DNA of 64,000 nt from an uncultured Planctomycetia bacterium (GTDB taxonomy: Bacteria > Omnitrophota > Gorgyraeia > 2-02-FULL-51-18). Both the position numbers and the translations under genes were made by a program. A model generated the notes under the pieces. That model saw only the letters and a list, made by a program, of their open reading frames with translations, made no database searches and was not told where the DNA came from. Positions 59,929 to 64,000 of this stretch are shown piece by piece; position 1 is the first letter of the stretch; each line of letters starts with the position of its first letter. The stretch lies in NCBI GenBank assembly GCA_964606485.1, contig CAZSGP010000004.1:17030-81029 (forward strand), in the 5' to 3' direction.

Positions 59929-59942
59929 TTAAATCCCTCTCT

Positions 59943-61475
59943 TCATCCGCTCGTGTAAACGCAGGCCGCTAAAACTTTTTTATAGTGCACGTTTGCGTAA
60001 TCAATTGAATCTTCTACTTCATCCCAATCAATTTTTTCGGTAATTTTTCCGAGCGTATAATTATGAAGCGTGTCATCCTTTTGGCGAGCAGCGTATCCGG
60101 GCAATCTGGAAGTAGTGACATAATCCCCCAAATTCACATCGCCGTTCATATTTGTCACCCACACACGGCCTTCGCCGAGTGCATTCACCACGCCATAGAG
60201 CTCTTTTCCTTTAACAGAGGTATACCAATGATCGGGCGGCAAAGGGCTTTCGGTGACAAACACTCCGAAAACGGCGGGATCATTTTCTTGATCAGAAAGC
60301 TTCACCGTTGGAAGGGTTGAGGAAAGGGAAGTTTCGCCGTCAACATTCACGCGCCGCTCCACTTGGCCTGTCACCGAGACGACCATTCCCTTTTGAAAAA
60401 CAACATTGGGCTGCAATTTCACTTCGTGCGAACCGGTAAAGGGTCCGTAATTGTTTCCGGAGCCTTGTGCGTAAAAATCATATGTCGATCCAAAACCCTG
60501 AACTCCAATTCTCCCTTGGGCCGAAACGCCAATGCCCGCAGGACCCCCGTTCGCCGCAACTCCGTACCCATTTTGGCTTGTCGCAATCAGCGCGCGATAC
60601 GCACTCACATTAATACCCTCGGTCTGCGCTTTCACATACAGCTTTGAAGCGGGAGTGGAAGCAGTTCCAATTCCTACATTTCCCGTATAGCGATCGATAA
60701 AAATATCTTCACTGCGCACGTTGTTGGCGCGGATTTTTAAACCTTCGGTAGTTGCGTACATCTTTCCAAGCTCATCCCCTTTTTGATTTTGAAAGATAAG
60801 GCCGCCGGTTTGGTCCGACACGCTCCGAAAGAGAATGTCTCCCGCGCCGTACATTTCAAGAGCCGCTTCTGGCTTCGTCGTACCGACGCCGATGAATCCA
60901 TTAGGTGCAATCACAAAACGCGCATCGTTTTCCGTTTCGTCTTGAATCACAAACGAGCCTTCCGGAAATTCAGAGCGCGCGCCGGCAGAAATGAGATTCC
61001 ATCTTTTAGAGTTTTTAGAATTATTTTTAATTTGAATCGCTGTATTTTCACCACTCCCAACTACAGTGAGATTTTTGGTAGGCTTCGACGTGCCGATGCC
61101 AAGCTTGCCTTCTTGCACTTTCAGCTCTTCAAACCAGTCGCCGCCGCCGCGGTACGACGAAAGTCCCCAGGATTTCCCAGCAGGATCAATGGACGTGCGA
61201 AATCGCGGATAGTAAATTGGCGGAGTCGCCTTTGCGTCGTAGTGACTGTAAAAATAGCTTGGTGAGGTATTAAGATCGCTCGCAACGGCAATGTCGCCAT
61301 TCACATCGAGCTTGGGGTCCACTACGACTTGCATGCCATTTGAGAAATTTCTAGGGGTCGTGGCTATGCCAACTTTTTCGTTAAAGGTTTTAGAATCTTC
61401 TGAAAAGGCGGGTATGGTGAAAGCAAGGAAAGTTAAAATAAAAACAAACAGCAACCGACTGGTCTGATTAGACAT
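59943..61475 (-). CDS. secreted fibre-like repeat protein (GIGTxxP motifs)
   Basis: Signal peptide; repeated KLGIGTSKPTKNLTV, FIGVGTTKPEAALEM and VGIGTASTPASKLYV motifs. Confidence 0.45.
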   Translation of the reverse strand: MSNQTSRLLFVFILTFLAFTIPAFSEDSKTFNEKVGIATTPRNFSNGMQVVVDPKLDVNGDIAVASDLNTSPSYFYSHYDAKATPPIYYPRFRTSIDPAGKSWGLSSYRGGGDWFEELKVQEGKLGIGTSKPTKNLTVVGSGENTAIQIKNNSKNSKRWNLISAGARSEFPEGSFVIQDETENDARFVIAPNGFIGVGTTKPEAALEMYGAGDILFRSVSDQTGGLIFQNQKGDELGKMYATTEGLKIRANNVRSEDIFIDRYTGNVGIGTASTPASKLYVKAQTEGINVSAYRALIATSQNGYGVAANGGPAGIGVSAQGRIGVQGFGSTYDFYAQGSGNNYGPFTGSHEVKLQPNVVFQKGMVVSVTGQVERRVNVDGETSLSSTLPTVKLSDQENDPAVFGVFVTESPLPPDHWYTSVKGKELYGVVNALGEGRVWVTNMNGDVNLGDYVTTSRLPGYAARQKDDTLHNYTLGKITEKIDWDEVEDSIDYANVHYKKVLAACVYTSG

Positions 61476-61561
61476 ACAGCGTTAGTGTACGGAAAAATGT
61501 TTAGGCTGTAAATAGCCATTCTTGTAGATGCGGCGTTGTTGGACTGATGAGCTTCCGGAAG

Positions 61562-62752
61562 TTATTTGCTACAAACCATGAGGTAGTTCGCTGTACCGTT
61601 GTAGACAATTCCGGCAAAGTTACCATTCCTCGAACCTACTGTAACCCAGCGCCCTCTCGTGTAGGAACCTGTGGAGCTTGCAAAACCCGCAGCATTTGTA
61701 AGATCATTAAGAGTGTTAATAGCAAAAACCGAGCTTGCGGTAAAACAAAATTCTCCGGTTCTATAGCTGTTCATATTTCCGTCATCAGCCGATGATACCA
61801 TCCAGTTGCAATCCGCCTCGGTGTAACCACTGGGCAAAGGAATTTGGTTACCGTGTGCAATTCGGCCCATAGTGGTCACTACCTTGGAGCTTTGAATCGT
61901 TGCGTCCGGAAATTTAAAACCGCCGCTGGTCGACTCGACGGTTCCCGCCACCGTCAACTTTTGCCCAGGAGCTGAGGTTCCAACTCCAACATTTCCAGCA
62001 GCATCTATTGCCATGTCGACTGCGCCCGGACGAAAAAAGCGCATAACGCCCATAGAGTTGTCTATTTCATGCGTTGTTGTTCCACCAAAAATCATTCGAG
62101 GTGTTCCCGAAAAAGTGCCAGCATATAAATTCGTGTCGGCGTGGGCCTCGGTGGCAATTGCTCCCGAAAATTTTGCACCGGTCCCACCCACTTCAAGACT
62201 AGCTCCTGGAGAGGTGACTCCCACTCCAAGATTTCCTGATGAATCCAATCGCATTTTTTCAGCACCACTGATTGAAAAACCGATATTAGCTGCATTCACT
62301 GCTCCCGCTCCATAAATTCCGGTGGTCGTTGCGTCACTTAAAACCATTCCAGGAGCGGCGGCGCTTCCTCTGGGGAAACGAAACTGATTGGGATACATCT
62401 GGACACCTGTAAAACCGCTGTGAACAAATTCAATCCGGTCATCATTGCCACGAAAAAGGCCGGTGTTGGCGCCGCGGAATTTAAAAGATGGGGCATTAAA
62501 CGCGCCGTCGTCGATGGTGAGCTGACCCCCTGCTACGTCCAACTTGGTCGCAGGATTGGCAGTGCCGATTCCAATATTTCCACCACCCGTCGCTAAACTC
62601 GTTGCTCCCGTAGAACTAAAAGTGGTTGTCGTGAGGGCTTGGTAATCCCCGCGAGGAGAGGGGTAATAGGTGGTAATAGTTGAACGGTCATCGGCACATG
62701 CTACGCCGATAAAGAAAGTTTGTAAGATCCAAAAGGCGTGTAACTTTTTCAT
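61562..62752 (-). CDS. secreted fibre-like repeat protein, paralog of 59943..61475
   Basis: Signal peptide; NIGIGTANPATKLDV, LGVGVTSPGASLEV and VGVGTSAPGQKLTV motifs; Cys-containing C-terminal domain. Confidence 0.45.
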   Translation of the reverse strand: MKKLHAFWILQTFFIGVACADDRSTITTYYPSPRGDYQALTTTTFSSTGATSLATGGGNIGIGTANPATKLDVAGGQLTIDDGAFNAPSFKFRGANTGLFRGNDDRIEFVHSGFTGVQMYPNQFRFPRGSAAAPGMVLSDATTTGIYGAGAVNAANIGFSISGAEKMRLDSSGNLGVGVTSPGASLEVGGTGAKFSGAIATEAHADTNLYAGTFSGTPRMIFGGTTTHEIDNSMGVMRFFRPGAVDMAIDAAGNVGVGTSAPGQKLTVAGTVESTSGGFKFPDATIQSSKVVTTMGRIAHGNQIPLPSGYTEADCNWMVSSADDGNMNSYRTGEFCFTASSVFAINTLNDLTNAAGFASSTGSYTRGRWVTVGSRNGNFAGIVYNGTANYLMVCSK

Positions 62753-62848
62753 GGCTTTACCCTCTAATCAAAGCGTACCTGAGATTGGGCGGAATTCAAG
62801 AAAAACTTTAAAAACTATTATAACTATATTAAATTAAATGACTTATGA

Positions 62849-63754
62849 TTACTTCGTTTGCTCTTCGATGCTTTCAATAGAGTCCTTGGGCACGGCTATA
62901 GACCCTTGGCCTCCATTTTCAAGCGAGAGCTCTAAACGGATATTGGGGCCCTCCTCGCTCATTTTTTTGGCAGTGAGTGTCCGGCCTGATTTGAGGTGAA
63001 TCACTACTGGGCCTCCCTTTTTTTTTGAAAAAAATGGAAGCTGACTCGTCGCGTGCTCCGTTTTAGAAGCCCAGTTTTTTAGCGTGGTCTTGCTTGATCG
63101 GTACTCGTCCAAACAACGCGCTTTTAGGTAAGCTATTTTAGCTTTGTATTGAAATATAAAAACCGAAAACACCAAAAAGAATATAAGGCCTAAAATAAAC
63201 ATCTCAAGGAGATTGCCTTCGCCTTTGTCCACCGCGCGCAAATTGCGATAGAGCGTTGTTCGGTCGCGCCCGCGTTTTTTGGAGACGTAAAGCGCTTTGT
63301 CCGCCTTGTCCAAAAGCTGCTCAGAGTCGATTGAATCTTTTGGAAAATTACTGATTCCACCGCTAAATGAAATGGAGAGAACCTGATTTTTAAATTTGAA
63401 AAGCCTGTTCTTAAGATTTCTTTGCAGTGTTTCAGCCTGCACCTGCGCTTCGTCTTGAGTCAAACCAGGAAATAGAATGACGAATTCATCTCCGGCAAAT
63501 CGGAACAAGTAGTGTTCCAAATGAATCAGATCGTCTTTAAACGATGCTGTAAAATGCTTTAAAACTTCATCTCCGCAAAGATGACCTAGCGAGTCATTGT
63601 ATTTTTTGAAATGATCCAGATCGATCATCATCAGTGAAAAGGGTTTTTTTGAAGCGGCATGTTCTTTGGCGAGATGATGAATGGTTGCCGACAATCCTTC
63701 CCGTAAATAGCACCCTGTCAAAAAATCTCTTTTGAGCGTGCTAGGAACAAGCAT
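62849..63754 (-). CDS. GGDEF-domain protein (variant AGDEF active site) with C-terminal TM and small domain
   Basis: DFLTGCYLREGL start of the GGDEF fold and an RFAGDEF motif. TM helix MFILGLIFFLVFSVFIF. Confidence 0.7.
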   Translation of the reverse strand: MLVPSTLKRDFLTGCYLREGLSATIHHLAKEHAASKKPFSLMMIDLDHFKKYNDSLGHLCGDEVLKHFTASFKDDLIHLEHYLFRFAGDEFVILFPGLTQDEAQVQAETLQRNLKNRLFKFKNQVLSISFSGGISNFPKDSIDSEQLLDKADKALYVSKKRGRDRTTLYRNLRAVDKGEGNLLEMFILGLIFFLVFSVFIFQYKAKIAYLKARCLDEYRSSKTTLKNWASKTEHATSQLPFFSKKKGGPVVIHLKSGRTLTAKKMSEEGPNIRLELSLENGGQGSIAVPKDSIESIEEQTK

Positions 63755-63756
63755 GA

Positions 63757-64000
63757 TTATCGAACGGGAATCGGAACTTCTTTGTTGGCTTCTAAATTTT
63801 TGGGAATCTTTACAGTCAGCACGCCATTTTCATAGCTAGCTTCAATCCCCTTCGCTTTGGCCTTAGCGGGAAGTTCTATAAATTGCTCGAAGGGCCCCTG
63901 ACGTTTGGCGGAATCGCTCTGTCCGCTGACGCGAAGCGTTGTGTCATCTTTGAGCGAGACTTGAATTTTGTCTTTTTTGACGCCGGGCATATCGACCTTG
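63757..64000 (-). CDS. Hsp20/alpha-crystallin family small heat shock protein, partial (5' end beyond window)
   Basis: C-terminal ACD motifs: PGVKKDKIQVSLKDDTLRVSG...GVLTVKIPK. Confidence 0.7.
   Translation of the reverse strand, partial: KVDMPGVKKDKIQVSLKDDTTLRVSGQSDSAKRQGPFEQFIELPAKAKAKGIEASYENGVLTVKIPKNLEANKEVPIPVR

Overview
Gene-dense bacterial chromosomal segment of about 49% GC with most genes on the minus strand. No searches were run, so all calls rest on reading the ORF translations for family motifs and the DNA for structure.

The gene content is consistent with a Bdellovibrionota-like predatory or deltaproteobacterial-type genome, but this is inference only. The supporting content is a SWIB-domain protein, a type II secretion (T2SS)/type IV pilus-like cluster, PilZ and GGDEF c-di-GMP proteins, and many secreted proteins of unknown function.

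In order along the window:
- Putrescine biosynthesis pair aguB and partial aguA, separated by a mosaic hairpin repeat that invades both reading frames.
- hemW, a SWIB-domain protein, an SDR oxidoreductase, DEAD-box helicase rhlE, tRNA-Val and a chlorite-dismutase-family gene.
- An ECF sigma/anti-sigma operon led by a secreted protein built from about 20 tandem DRREDxRD repeats.
- FIST, TPR and CPBP-protease genes, then YgfZ, a DUF45 hydrolase, an ArsR regulator with a palindromic operator, and a cluster of small uncharacterised proteins.
- A signal-peptide-bearing Memo-AMMECR1 fusion, then LemA with an HtpX-like M48 protease.
- A histidine kinase with a receiver-only partner.
- A PhyH-HIT two-gene cassette bracketed by inverted copies of the same hairpin repeat family.
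- msrA, then a complete sulfate-uptake and cysteine-synthesis operon: Rrf2 regulator, an unannotated YezD/DUF2292 small ORF, porin, sbp, cysTWA, cysK and cysE.
- nrdB-nrdA with a perfect NrdR box.
- tRNA-Asp plus a rearranged partial tRNA-Asp copy carrying a 72-nt palindromic insertion.
- The full F1Fo ATP synthase operon with a short epsilon subunit, and a PilZ protein.
- A markedly AT-rich GT-C/TPR membrane protein gene.
- An 11-gene T2SS/type IV pilus-like secretion cluster, two paralogous fibre-like secreted proteins, a GGDEF protein and a partial Hsp20.

The most unusual items are:
- the mosaic hairpin repeat family and its overlap with coding termini;
- the rearranged tRNA-Asp locus next to the short epsilon subunit;
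- the hidden YezD ORF;
- the charged tandem-repeat periplasmic protein;
- the secreted Memo-AMMECR1 fusion;
- the AT-rich GT-C/TPR gene.
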